Notes: a model not told the origin generated them from the sequence alone. A stretch of 64,000 nucleotides of DNA from Eledone cirrhosa (GCA_964016885.1 OZ024742.1:148428001-148492000); one strand, 5' to 3'. Positions 1 through 13,644 are shown, counted from the first letter of the stretch. Numbers and translations are program-made.

Positions 1-12
1 TCCTCTTGTACA

Positions 13-460
13 AATAAGTGTCCCGAATCCCTGCCTAGGGTAATATTACGTATGGACTAGTAATATGTGCACAGTGCTTGGAGTATGTTGATTATATTTG
101 ACTCTATCACTAATTGGATTAAAACTTGTTTACTTTCCAACAGAAGCTCGGAAAACGTGAGGAAAAAAATTATTTCCAATCTTTTCTAGATTTGGCTTTC
201 AAATGACAGAAATATCAAACAATGTACCGGAACTAATTGACTTAAAGGATTGGTTAAACCGACTTGTTTGCATGACAATTGAGAATTCTTACTACAATCC
301 AAATTCAAATGGCGTGCCTAAATGTTAGAGTTCATTGATTGGAAAGTATGATTAGTATCTGTTGAAGGTTACTTCGTAGTGCAGTTGGTGCATGCAAAAT
401 ATTTCCAGCTGAGAAATTACTTGGCAGACAATTAAAAGTAGTAGTAAATCATTTTTATCA
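13..460 (+). pseudogene. Decayed Ty3/Gypsy-type integrase core fragment
   Basis: Manual translation gives PRVILRMD**YVHSAWSMLIIFDSITNWIK, then after a frameshift IFSRFGFQMTEISNNVPELIDLKDWL...YYNPNSNG, later PAEKLLGRQLK. This resembles the rve integrase pattern (RLHMD..LIIVD..W; IFSRFG.P..SDN; Y.P.SNG). Stops and frameshifts are present. Confidence 0.65.
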
Positions 461-1794
461 GGTGAAGAAATGGATCATTAGAGGAACAATTCAATGAATT
501 TTCTTGCAGGTGCACGTTACCTGATTCAGGCTGAGAGAAACACAATCACTATTAAACGTGAAGATGAAAAGGCTAAGTGAATGGTAATTTAACAAATAGT
601 TTCTAAATATCCTTCCTCAAGCAAATTTGAAACCCATAATCTTAATCTTAATCCAATAAAATAAAGTAGTGACCTTTATGATGACGCTAAATATACTCAA
701 TTTAAGATTATCAAATATCATTAAATTGATACAAGAATGTTATCTATAAACCGACATCCCCAATGTTATCATCTCTTACAAAGCTGCCACTTGATCATGT
801 AGTCCTCTCTAGCAATATTTCTAACAACCCAGCTTCATTAGTTTCCTGAAATTCTACTACAGCAGCTAATATTCAATATTCAACACCTTCTATCCTGCCA
901 ACACTATTAAGTCAAACTAATCTCCACAGCAACTTAATAGGTAATACTATACTACTACATACATGCTGCAAAATCCCAAAGGGAATTCAGAAGCCATAAC
1001 GATATAAAGACTAATATGATTTATGTTTTGTTTGAAGTAATGTTATATTTATAGTTTTCTGAATAAATGGTTATTTTCTTCTCTATACTTTTATTATATT
1101 TTACATGCATATGCAGTAAACAAGGGCCATGAATACAGTGTACTTGCTATTCGTATCTGCGGAACAGTGTTGGCATGTCGATTGGATAAAGTTATAACAG
1201 ACGTCGGGGGATTTCAGCTTACTGCTGATATTAGATTACTTACCCTACTCTCTATTACGCATGCCCTCCATGCATGTACTTGACTAAATGAATTACTTAT
1301 TATTGAGGATTTATTTAATTATTAAGCTATTTATAGTGCATACAAAAGTTGAAAATCTAAACTGATATGTTAATTTACATAACAATGCATGTGGATGACA
1401 ACGCGTAATAAATAATTCGCTAATAATGCACTTACTAACGTTTTGAATAATTTGAAAAGTGAAACATGGTTTTTTTTTTTAATAACTATAAAACTTAGTT
1501 TCGCAATTAAAAGTTTTAAAATTTGAGGTTACAGTACATTTTTTAACTAACTCGTGGGACTTAATCTATAATATTCACCCCAATACGTTTTTTTAAATTT
1601 AATCAATACTGCTATTTGTTTTATCGATCTCTATCTGTTAAACAGCTATGTTATGGGATATGAACATAAACACATATATAGTTTAATTTAATTGTTGATC
1701 GTAAATCATTGCCTTTCCAACCAAGCTAAAATGTAAATGAAGAACAATAAATACTGTGGTGCTGATTTGTTTTGTGAGCTTTTGGATATGAAAT

Positions 1795-1910
1795 CCTGTG
1801 TTGAAACAGATATTGTTTTATTTGGGGAGAGTCGTGTTGTCCTAATATTGCCCCAAATCCCAAAATAATAAAACACACTCACTGTTTGGTTTGGGTTCGT
1901 TTTCGCTTCA
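1795..1910. repeat. Dispersed repeat family (also about 8620-8905, 11960-11983, 18002-18072), adjacent to (TA)n
   Basis: Shared motif acacactcactgtttggtt(t)gg.ttcg, with its reverse complement caa.caaacagtgagtgtgttctg at about 8830 and 18040. Shared ttgtt.tatttggg.gag.gtc end. Confidence 0.5.
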
Positions 1911-2179
1911 GTATATTTTATTTAACATCATTCTAGCGGGTCCGGGTAAGTTTTACATTCATTTAATTTATTAATTTATTGATATTTTATTTGAGTGACC
2001 CGAATCTTCCTGGTCGTTTATTTTCGGCTGCATGGGTGATTTTAGGCATGACCTCTATGTGTTGGTATTTTAAGGATAGTTATAGCTCTGATTTTTCCAA
2101 ATTATTGAGCCCTCTGCCACATATATCGGATATTGTTTATCGTGATTTCGTGGGCTGATATTCCGATTCTCGATTATTC

Positions 2180-2290
<111 letters not shown>

Positions 2291-2793
2291 AATATAAATT
2301 AGCGAGAATCGTTTTCAGCTCAGGAATTAACGAAAATCAACGTCCGATATGTGTGGCAAGCGCTCGATGATTCATGTGAATCAGAGCTACACCATACGTT
2401 AAGGGCCAAACACACTGAGATGATGGTTAAACATATCCTCCGCACAGCCAAAACAAACGACCAAGTAATTCGGGTCAAACAATAAAAAATATATGTCTTG
2501 ATACTTTCCCGGACCCTGGACTGATGGTAAAATCCTGTATTGGTTCTGCGACTCCAAAATCAGGCACTGTCCGCCTACATAAAGAATGTTGGGCTTCTGG
2601 TGAGATGATGAACAAGGAAGTCGTGTTATCAACGGGTTTTGCTCCAAAATGCTATAGATAGTGTGGCTATTACTGACCCCACGTGGGTTTCAGCAAGGGA
2701 GGCAACATCTCTATTAGGCGAATGATTCAGTTGCGTATAATATTGCGAGGATGCAAAATATCACAAATCGAATAAAGCTCTCGACAGAATGGT

Positions 2794-2850
<57 letters not shown>

Positions 2851-2860
2851 AAACACAGCG

Positions 2861-2916
<56 letters not shown>

Positions 2917-2921
2917 GTATA

Positions 2922-3035
<114 letters not shown>

Positions 3036-3060
3036 TGTAATAAACAACATAAGATAATTA

Positions 3061-3121
3061 TTTCATTTACCAGTCGTTTCTTGAAAGCAAACAAAATTTG
3101 CTTTCATTCATCAGAATGAAA
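3061..3121 (-). ncRNA. Type I hammerhead ribozyme (minimal stem III), family H1
   Basis: Minus strand reads tttcatt-CTGATGA-a tgaaagcaaa ttttg tttgctttca a-GAAAC-gactg-GTA-aatgaaa. Stem I is 7 bp, stem II 10 bp, cleavage triplet GUA. Confidence 0.8.
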
Positions 3122-3274
3122 AAATCCTGGTGTATTTATTAAGCTTTGTAACCTACATAGAGCACTCTTTTTTCCTGGACCTTTCCGACGGAATTACTTC
3201 ATTTATATATATATATATGTGTGTGTGTGTATATATATGTATATATATGTATAATATATATATGTATATATATA

Positions 3275-3374
<100 letters not shown>

Positions 3375-3416
3375 CATATATATATATATATGTACATATA
3401 TATATATATATATATA

Positions 3417-3652
3417 GGAACCAGTAAGACCCCGACAGCTGAGCTCAAGCCGTTTCGACGGCTAATTCTGGACTAATGAAAAAAAAAAAAAATTATTATT
3501 ATTTTTTTTTTTTAAATCCAGATTTAGCCGTCGAAACGGCTTGAGCTCAGCTGTCGGGGTCTTACTGGTTCCTATTACCCACTCTACTACCTCAAGTATT
3601 GAGTACTTTGGTGCGTTATGGTCCACCTGGTTCCTTACCACATTTCCTTCGT
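3417..3652. mobile_element. Fold-back Penelope-type terminal-repeat fragment carrying the 3' half of a hammerhead (family also at 13395-13549, 16607-16773)
   Basis: 3417-3474 is the reverse complement of about 3517-3573. Contains gccgtc-GAAAC-GGCT tgagctc AGCT-GTC-gggg. Shares the block gagtact.tg.tgcgttatggtcca.ctggttccttaccaca with the other two copies. Confidence 0.55.
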
Positions 3653-3695
<43 letters not shown>

Positions 3696-3937
3696 ATATA
3701 TATTTATAAACACACAGATACATGCGGACACACACATATATACATGAATGCATCCGCACCCAACTGTGAGTTAAGGGTGCCAACTTCACCGATGTTGCTC
3801 AATGAATGACTGGGACAGACCAATTCAGTTTGAACCAGACTGAACCAGTATCAGAGTTAAAAATACATTATGAAGAGAGAAGAAACATTTAGATATAATT
3901 AGTAATAAAATGTATCATACCTAAACTGCTCCTAAAT

Positions 3938-4025
3938 TCCTCGACTACGTAGTTTCGTGGCATAAACAAAAACAATATATGAAAGATATAGAGTCCTTGC
4001 GAGGTCTGCCGACTTATCAAGAGGA
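3938..4025 (-). ncRNA. Type I hammerhead ribozyme, U3/A8 core variant, family H2 (copy 1)
   Basis: Reverse complement of 4385-4472. Confidence 0.7.
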
Positions 4026-4384
4026 TACCTCATTTTACTAGTCTCAAGAACGCGTCTACACGACGTGAGAAAGAATCCCAAAAGGCGGAGGGGGAGATAG
4101 TCACGCGATATAACGGTCGAGAAACAGAGCTAAGCCTCTTATAACCACGAAGAAAATACCACGGAGGCGGAGGGGGTATTCATATCGAGGCCGTAGAAGA
4201 GGTAGTGAAGAAGGCGAGAAGTATGAGTAATGGAAGCTTTCCAGTTGTCCCCACACTTCAAAGATTGCTAAGAGGCTTAGCTCTGTTTCTCGACCGTTAT
4301 ATCGCGTGACTATCTCCCCCTCCGCCTTTTGGGATTCTTTCTCACGTCGTGTAGACGCGTTCTTGAGACTAGTAAAATGAGGTA

Positions 4385-4472
4385 TCCTCTTGATAAGTCG
4401 GCAGACCTCGCAAGGACTCTATATCTTTCATATATTGTTTTTATTTATGCCACGAAACTACGTAGTCGAGGA
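4385..4472 (+). ncRNA. Type I hammerhead ribozyme, U3/A8 core variant, family H2 (copy 2)
   Basis: tcctc-TTGATAA-gtcggca...tgccac-GAAAC-TACGTA-GTC-gagga. Stem I tcctc/gagga, palindromic stem III ACTACGTAGT, GUC triplet. Confidence 0.7.
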
Positions 4473-4541
4473 ATTTAGGAGCAGTTTAGGTATGATACAT
4501 TTTATTACTAATTATATCTAAATGTTTCTTCTCTCTTCATA

Positions 4542-4544
<3 letters not shown>

Positions 4545-4582
<38 letters not shown>

Positions 4583-4692
4583 TATATATACACACATATA
4601 TATATATCATATATACATATATACATATACACATATATACATACACCTACATATACACATATACACAGATATACACATATACACATATACAT

Positions 4693-4735
<43 letters not shown>

Positions 4736-4798
4736 CACACACATACACATATATACACATATACATACATATATATACACACATAGAACCATATAAAC

Positions 4799-4829
<31 letters not shown>

Positions 4830-4856
4830 CACATACATATATATACACACATATAT

Positions 4857-4921
<65 letters not shown>

Positions 4922-5001
4922 CACATACATACACATACACATGCATACATATACACACATGTGTACACATATACACAACATATATACACATACATACAAA
5001 T

Positions 5002-5042
<41 letters not shown>

Positions 5043-5061
5043 CACATACATATATATACAC

Positions 5062-5108
<47 letters not shown>

Positions 5109-5350
5109 CATATACACATACATATACATACACATACATACATATACACACATACACACATGTGTACACATATACAAAACATATATACACATACATACAA
5201 ATATACATACATATACACACACATATATACATATATATACACACACACATATACATATATACACATGTATACACATACACACACACATACACATATATAA
5301 ACAAACAAATAAACACACATATATATACACATATATACATATATAAACAT

Positions 5351-5423
<73 letters not shown>

Positions 5424-5604
5424 CATACATACACACATACACATACATACACATATATATACCTACATACACACACACATACATACATATACATACATAC
5501 ACACATACATATATATACATACATACATATACACACATAAATATACATATATACACATATACACACATACACACGTATGCATATATACATATATATACAC
5601 GCAC

Positions 5605-5637
<33 letters not shown>

Positions 5638-5672
5638 CATACATACATGTATATACACATATATATGCATAT

Positions 5673-5733
<61 letters not shown>

Positions 5734-5812
5734 CATACACACATACACATACATATACACACATATATACACACATACACATACATACATACTTACATAT
5801 ATATATATATAT

Positions 5813-5883
<71 letters not shown>

Positions 5884-6220
5884 TATACATACATATACAC
5901 ATATATATACACACACACACATATATATACATATATACATATTACATATATATACATATATATACATATACACACATACACACACAGACATACACACATA
6001 CATATATACATATATACACACACATATATATACAATCATACATACACATGCATAAACATATATATAAACACAAATACACACATACACAAAAACATACATA
6101 TACACGCAATACAAATACACACACACATACACACACATGTACATATGTATATACACACATATAGATATATACATATATACACATACAAATATACATACAT
6201 ATACATATATACATATATGT
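4545..6220. repeat. Complex (TA)n/(CA)n/(CATA)n microsatellite field
   Basis: Direct reading. Confidence 0.95.
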
Positions 6221-6414
6221 AGATAAATCTACCAAGAGTTTACGGTAGTGTCCAATCCGTATGAAGAACTCAATGTAATCCGGATATCATGGAAAGAAGA
6301 GATGCAATGAAAAATCACTTTCGGTGAAAGATAAACGGAATACAGAGTCAAGATAAATATTAAAAAAATAATGAATAAAACAATGAAACAGTTCCTTATA
6401 TTAAACAAAAAAAG

Positions 6415-6568
6415 TTCATTATTTAACGATCGTTTCTAGGATATATATGTGTTAGAATTGGCATGTATATTCAACAGATCTATGTACAAAATTATACAAA
6501 ATTATACAAACTATCAAAATTAAATATACATACCAACACATATATATGCCGTCTTCAGAAATAATGAA
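6415..6568 (-). ncRNA. Type I hammerhead ribozyme with about 115-nt stem II domain, family H3
   Basis: Minus strand reads ttcattattt-CTGAAGA-[115 nt; atatatatgtgtt/aacacatatatat pairing]-GAAAC-GATC-GTT-aaataatgaa. Stem I is a perfect 10 bp, the loop GATC is palindromic, triplet GUU. Confidence 0.75.
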
Positions 6569-6844
6569 ATATATTTATTGATAATAACAACAATTCAAAA
6601 TTACAGGTCTGTTTGGGAACAGAGTTCAAATTGACCAATGAAAACACAAAAAGTTTATACAGTTAGGTGTGTGTATATATGTAAGTAACTTCGTTCACAG
6701 ATATGCATAAAAATATATGTTCACATGCATACGCATGCCGAAAAGATGTATGTAAATACAAAAATTCAGGGCTAATGTCTCTGTATGTTTATAATCTACA
6801 GATAAAATACATATACGCATATAAACACATAAATATAAAAATAA

Positions 6845-7668
<824 letters not shown>

Positions 7669-7838
7669 AAAGAATTAGTATATCTACCAACATATGTATA
7701 CAGATGTATAGCTATGCTAGCAAATATATATGTTATGTCTTAGTAACTTTGTGGTTCTATGCAAGGGGATGCAGAACAATTATATGAAAGACGTAAAATA
7801 AGAAAATTATAAAAATTGACTTACTTACTAAAATGTTC

Positions 7839-7920
7839 ACTCCAACCAATTAGTTTCTGTAAGGGAATAAATATGGTTATGCAATGCAACCATAGAGAAA
7901 TCCTTACGTCATCTGGGAGT
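7839..7920 (-). ncRNA. Hammerhead ribozyme family H4, mutated copy (CAGATGA core)
   Basis: Minus strand reads actcc-CAGATGA-...-GAAAC-TAATTG-GTT-ggagt. The U4 to A change probably inactivates it. Confidence 0.6.
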
Positions 7921-8470
7921 CTATTCTCAGCTAAGTTCCCAGGCAATGCGTGGACACAATGAACTCATATAAAAATAATTCAGTGGATTGAAAAAAGCAA
8001 GCGGGGACTAATTAGTTGGAGTGAAAATTTTAGTAAGTCAATTTTTATAATTTTCTTATTTTACGTCTCTCATATAATTGTTCTGCATCCCCTTGCATAG
8101 AACCACAAAGTTACTAAGACATAACATATATATTTGCTAGCATAGGTATACATCTGTATACATATGTTGGTAGATATACTAATTCTTTATATTTAACTCC
8201 AAATTATTTGTTGAGCAAAACTTGCCGAAATTACTGCTATGGTTCATGGTAGTAGTTAGGCTCTTGTCTTATTACCACTCCACTCCTCACGGATTAACCT
8301 CAGTGTCACGTGATTGATTCTTTAGAATTTGCCACTGACCAAGTAGGCAGTGAATTTTTTCAGTGTCCTGGAATTTAGTCCCCGCTTGCTTTTTTCCATC
8401 CACTGAATTATTTTGATATGAGTTCCACGCATTGTCTCCACGCATTGCCTGGGAACTTAGCTGAGAATAG

Positions 8471-8552
8471 ACTCCCTGATGACGTAATGATTTCTCTATG
8501 GTTGCGTTGCGTAACCATATTTATTCCCTTACAGAAACTAATTAGTTGGAGT
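8471..8552 (+). ncRNA. Type I hammerhead ribozyme family H4, intact core
   Basis: actcc-CTGATGA-cgtaa...tatggttgcg ttg cgtaaccata...ttaca-GAAAC-TAATTA-GTT-ggagt. Palindromic stem III ACTAATTAGT, GUU triplet. Confidence 0.8.
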
Positions 8553-8900
8553 GAAAATTTTAGTAAGTATGTCAATTTTTATAATTTTCTTATTTTACGT
8601 CTTTTATATATATATATATATATATAGCGGCGATGAATTAGTTTTGCGAGGTTTTTTATATGAAATCGTGTGTCGAAAGATTTATGTAAATTATGTAAAC
8701 TATATATATATGTGTTTGTCTATATTGTATCTGTATTATTTTTGACCGCCGGTCAGTCAATGGCAACATTGAGGACCGAGTAAGTTAGATCGCAGATATA
8801 TATATATAAAAGACAGCGAGAAGCGAAAACCAACCAAACAGTGAGTGTGTTCTGTTATTAATTCTGGCAATATTACGCAAATATGACCCTCCTCAAATAT

Positions 8901-8971
<71 letters not shown>

Positions 8972-8998
8972 TATATATACACAAATATATACACACAT

Positions 8999-9029
<31 letters not shown>

Positions 9030-9030
9030 T

Positions 9031-9081
<51 letters not shown>

Positions 9082-9258
9082 CAAATAAGTACTCAATAAA
9101 TGTACGCATATACACAGGCACATAAAAACACCTCTACAGGCAGAAAATGCAGATAGGTAAGAGGTACTCACATAACCATAGTGGCCGTATTTCAGGTTGA
9201 GGAGGGGTGGGAGTAGGGGTGGGAAGGAGGTAGAGGGGCTAAAAGGAGGAGGTCGTGT

Positions 9259-9845
9259 TTAGCCATCGGACTTTAACATTGGCTTAAGGTATTTGAAAGT
9301 TGCAAAGTTCTTGTGCATGCAGTTCGGGCAGTGTTCAGAGAGTTTGTTCAGTAGCGGGCCCTTGGCGAATAAAATTTCGTAGCTCTCTGAGATACAAAGG
9401 TCGCCCCCTCGTGTCCTCCGTTGTAAGAGCGCGCTTTCTGGAGTATTTTCCATTTAAGTGTGAAGGGGGTGGAGTTCCGTTTGAGGTCCCAAACATAGAA
9501 GGCGAGTGTTGTCTGGTTTGATTTGTCCGGTCTTCTGAAGGAGTGGGTATGGGCATACCAATGGGTCTTAAAATTATTGGAAGTCATGCCGATGTAAGTT
9601 TTTTTGTTATTGCAATCATCGGTACTTGAGATGACATCGCATTTGTATACGATATCATTTGTGAGGCATTTGTTTTCAAGTGGGCATGCTTCCTTATTTA
9701 GGAAATTACACAAAGCCCCATTCCGGGGATTGGGTTCGGAGGTGGTTGGCTTATTTAATTTTTTAGAATTGTGGTTGGCTATATTCCTAGCTCGGTTATG
9801 TGTGGTGGAGTAGGAGAGTCTTATTGTGTTCTTATTAAAGACTTG
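9259..9845 (-). mobile_element. Penelope-like element, GIY-YIG endonuclease region (5'-truncated, frameshifted)
   Basis: FNKNTIRLSYS..HN..CNFLNKEACPLENKCLTNDIVYKC...YIGMTSNNFK...H..SF...TTLAFYVWDLK...WKIL, then DLCISE..ILF...LLNKLSE..CMHK. This is the Cys-linker plus GIY-YIG layout typical of PLEs. Confidence 0.9.
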
Positions 9846-9929
9846 TGGATAGTGCAGTTTTAAATCAACATATGTTGATTTAAAACTGCACTATCCACAA
9901 GTGTTTTTAACCTTCATATCATGTCTTCC

Positions 9930-10000
9930 TATTTTATCTGATGAAAACACAAATGTTATTGCATGATGATATTTGTTTTTGAAATGCGCATAATAAAATA
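9930..10000 (+). ncRNA. Type I hammerhead ribozyme family H5 (copy 1) in inverted pLTR 9872-10030
   Basis: tattttat-CTGATGA-aaac acaaatgttatt gcat gatgatatttgt tttt-GAAA-TGCGCA-TA-ataaaata. Stem I 8 bp, palindromic ATGCGCAT, AUA triplet. Confidence 0.85.
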
Positions 10001-10028
10001 CATGGAACTCATTTAACCATCTTTTGAT

Positions 10029-10074
<46 letters not shown>

Positions 10075-10079
10075 TATAC

Positions 10080-10168
<89 letters not shown>

Positions 10169-10177
10169 CGTATATAT

Positions 10178-10247
<70 letters not shown>

Positions 10248-10314
10248 TATCTACATATATATATATATAGAGAGAGAGAGATTTATCTACATATATATAT
10301 ATATATATATATAT

Positions 10315-10408
10315 GTAGGAGGTGAGTTTTATTGTAGCACAATAAAGCAATGCAAATATCGGATAAGTAGCACTCTACAGTTTGTAGGACTGGAGTATAA
10401 ATAATATA
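10315..10408. repeat. Short dispersed repeat next to (TA)n (near-identical copy at 42991-43082)
   Basis: gtaggaggtgagttttattgtag.acaataaagcaatgca.atatcggataagtagcactctacagtttgt.ggactggagtataaataa occurs at both loci. Confidence 0.8.
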
Positions 10409-11940
10409 AGATCAAAAGATGGTTAAAAGAGTTCCAAGTATTTTATTATGCGCATTTCAAAAACAAATATCATCATGAGATGATATCTGCGTTTTCATCA
10501 GATAAAATAGGGATATATGATATGAAGGTTAAAAAACACTTGTGAATAGTGAAGTTTTAAATCAACATATGAAAAATAATTTAAGATTGATGTGTGATAT
10601 TGGGAAAAAGTGAGGGGCGTTGGAAAGGGTAAGGAAGAGGAGGAGATGAGAGTAAAGAATGGTGGGGGAGGAGTATAAGAATGAGAGAGGAGGAGAGATA
10701 GGTGATAGAGAGAGAGAGAGATAGCCTTTACAACTGAGAAAAATATATATTGTCTCACAGAGAGAAGTTAAAAAGCCGTTGGAAGATAATAGATAATTTA
10801 AAAGAATTTGAAATTAAAAGTTGATGAAGAGAGAAAGGGGTTAAGAATAATATTAAATTAAGGTTTGTATATTGAAGGGTTTAATAATATGAGCGAGGAA
10901 AAGAAATTGTTAATATGTATTATTAAAATTAAAATATTAATGTTATTAAGGATATAATGTGAAAAGAAGTAGAAGAGTGGATGAGTTATAAATTTAGAGG
11001 AATTAGTTAGTGTTTAAGTTTGTTTTTATGTAATGTAATATGTGTGCGTAATATATGTAAATAGTTTGTTTAAAAATGAGCGCAGAAAGCAAAGAAGAAA
11101 AGAATGTTTAAGGAAGAAAATATCTAACATCAAAATATATATGTTTACGAAATATTTTCTAATGGTAATAATATAATATATTAAAGGAAATTAGTTAGAG
11201 TTTAAGTTTGTTTTTATGTATTGTAATATGTAATATGTAAAAGTCAAACGAGCATGAAAGGAAGAGATAAGGAACTTAAGGAAGAAAAATCTAACGTCAA
11301 AAAATGTTTGTTTACGAAGGACTATTATAGGTAATACTATAATGTATTTAAAAGATAATAATAATTTTTATGGCCAATGATATGAAGAAAGATGGAAGAG
11401 TGGATATGTTGTGGTGAGTAATAATAAGAATTGAGAAGTAGTTAGGAAGAAAAAGTACAGATTAGAGGTTAGAAATTAAAAAGAAAAAAGAAAAGAGAAA
11501 GAAAGGAAAGTGATAAAGAGGAATGATATAGAATGAGTAACTTGTATTATATAATATATAATAAATAATATTGAAATAAGGTAGAAAGATGGGTATATTT
11601 AAAAAATATATATATAAGCCTTTGAGAAAAAGGATTTTAAACTAGTAAAGTATTATATATTAGCTGTATACTTTATGGAATGTTCTGTGGAACTTATGCA
11701 AGCAGAGAGAAAATAAATCTATTTATTATAGAATCTAAATTAGATATAATGGTAAATTTCTCAGATAGGCAAAGATTACACGTTCTGGATAGGGAGGCAT
11801 TCAAGTAGGGAGAGGCAGAACAAACTTTCCTCCAAGAGATGTTATAGTTAATATTTTTGTCTTTCAAGGACCATATGAGTTCTGAGAGTGCCGTGCTAGT
11901 TCTTTTAAGTTGGTATCTAAAAGACGAATCGTGATTATAA
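10405..11940 (-). mobile_element. Second Penelope-like element 3' part: endonuclease C-terminus, AT-rich 3' region, pLTR with hammerhead
   Basis: Minus 11939 to about 11730 translates YNHDSSFRYQLKRTSTALSELIWSLKDKNINYNISWRKVCSASPY...CNLCLSEKFTI. It ends in a repeat (10405-10571) homologous to 9872-10030. Confidence 0.75.
10439..10509 (-). ncRNA. Type I hammerhead ribozyme family H5 (copy 2), sense to the Penelope ORF
   Basis: Minus strand reads tattttat-CTGATGA-aaac gcagatatcatc tcat gatgatatttgt tttt-GAAA-TGCGCA-TA-ataaaata. Confidence 0.85.
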
Positions 11941-11980
11941 AATATATATATATATATATATTGTTATACTTTGGGAGGGT

Positions 11981-12088
<108 letters not shown>

Positions 12089-13011
12089 CGTGTGTGCGTG
12101 TGTGCGTGTGTGTGTGTATACATATGTTTTGATTTGACAACGACAATCCATTGTTGACATAACTGAGGTGTTTGTTCACAAGAACTAAATATGTGCTAAA
12201 TTACAAACCTAACCATGAATATTTTATATATATTTATAAAATGTTAAAGAGCTTGATATCTATGTGTATGTATATTACGGTACTAATTGTTTTCTATTTA
12301 AAAGCTAGCTTTGTTGGAAAGGCAATAATTTACGACTAAATTAATCTGATGACTTTTTTTCGAATTGTTGATACGAATCTTCATTCCATCTTATTACTGT
12401 GAACTACTTGTTTCATTAATATTTCAATGAAATGAATGTGTATGACTAGTGATTGTATTTAATAAATTCAATGCAACACATTTTATAATGAGTTTATACA
12501 CAATACGTTTAAAAAATATATGAAAATTAATAATATATTGACAAATGCTTACAGGTAAAGCGTTTCGAAATAATTTACTATATTTGATAAAATCCACACA
12601 ATACAATCATAATTTATACAAACGAGGAAAAAATGAATGATTTTAAATTTTGTTGGCAAAACATTTTAAAACACTTAAAGTTTGTTTGCTTTATAATTTC
12701 AAAAAAATATGTATATACTTTAATTATATTCTTCTATTATGTAACAATGTTAGTTGTGTTGTTACAGTAGGAACTATGGGTGTTATAGTTAGTAAGGCAG
12801 GCATTAATCATTACTGGTAGTCACAGTTTATACTATGAGTATAAGACAACCACTTATGTTGGAGGAGAAAGGGTATAAAGTAAGCTTATACGCAAAGATT
12901 TAGTGCACACACACACAAATACACACACACTCTCTCTCTCTCTGTCACACACACACACACGCGCACACACACAAATATATATATACATATATATATTCGT
13001 CGCGTGTATAT

Positions 13012-13358
13012 AAAGGTAAAAGGTAAAGACTCCCTTCAGTCACGAATGACCATGGGATTTGCACCTAGAAAGTTTCCCCCCCGAGTCACAAGTCCGGGCA
13101 AGATTGTTTGTGGAAGACCAGTAGTCACCCATGCATACCAGCCTCTCCTCTCTATGCCACCGATGATGTCCAAGGGAAAGGCAATGGCCGATACAGCTTG
13201 ACACTAGTGACGTCACAACTTATTTCTACAGCTGAGTAAACTGGAGCATCGTGAAATAAAGTGTCTTGCTCAAGGATACAACGTATCACCCGGTCCGAGA
13301 ATCGTCGACCTCACAAACTTACGATTGCAAGGCCAATGCTCTAACTACTAAGCCATGC
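13012..13358 (-). mobile_element. tRNA-derived SINE with CORE-like domain (octopus OR-type); second full copy 46497-46833
   Basis: Minus strand shows an A-box-like tggcttagtagttag, a B-box region, tccttgagcaagacactttatttcac, and a (CCTTTT/A) tail. High similarity to 46497-46833. Confidence 0.8.
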
Positions 13359-13452
13359 ACATGTGTGTGTATGTATATATATGTATATATATATACAGTC
13401 CAGAAATAGCCGTCGAAACGGCTTTAGCTCTGCCGTCGGGGTCATACCTTTT

Positions 13453-13491
<39 letters not shown>

Positions 13492-13644
13492 CGAAGGAAA
13501 TGTGGTAAGGAACCAGGTGGACCATAACGCACCAAAGTACTCAATACTTTATATATGATAATAATACATATATATATATATATATATATGATAATAGTGA
13601 TAATAATACATATATATATATATATGATAATAATGATGGTGATG

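Larger units (their letters stand above)
3863..4547. mobile_element. Long inverted repeat (arms 3863-4141 and 4269-4547), Penelope-type inverted pLTR
   Basis: The roughly 280-bp arms are near-identical reverse complements with a 127-bp spacer. Each arm holds a hammerhead motif, and the right arm runs into (TA)n. Confidence 0.8.
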
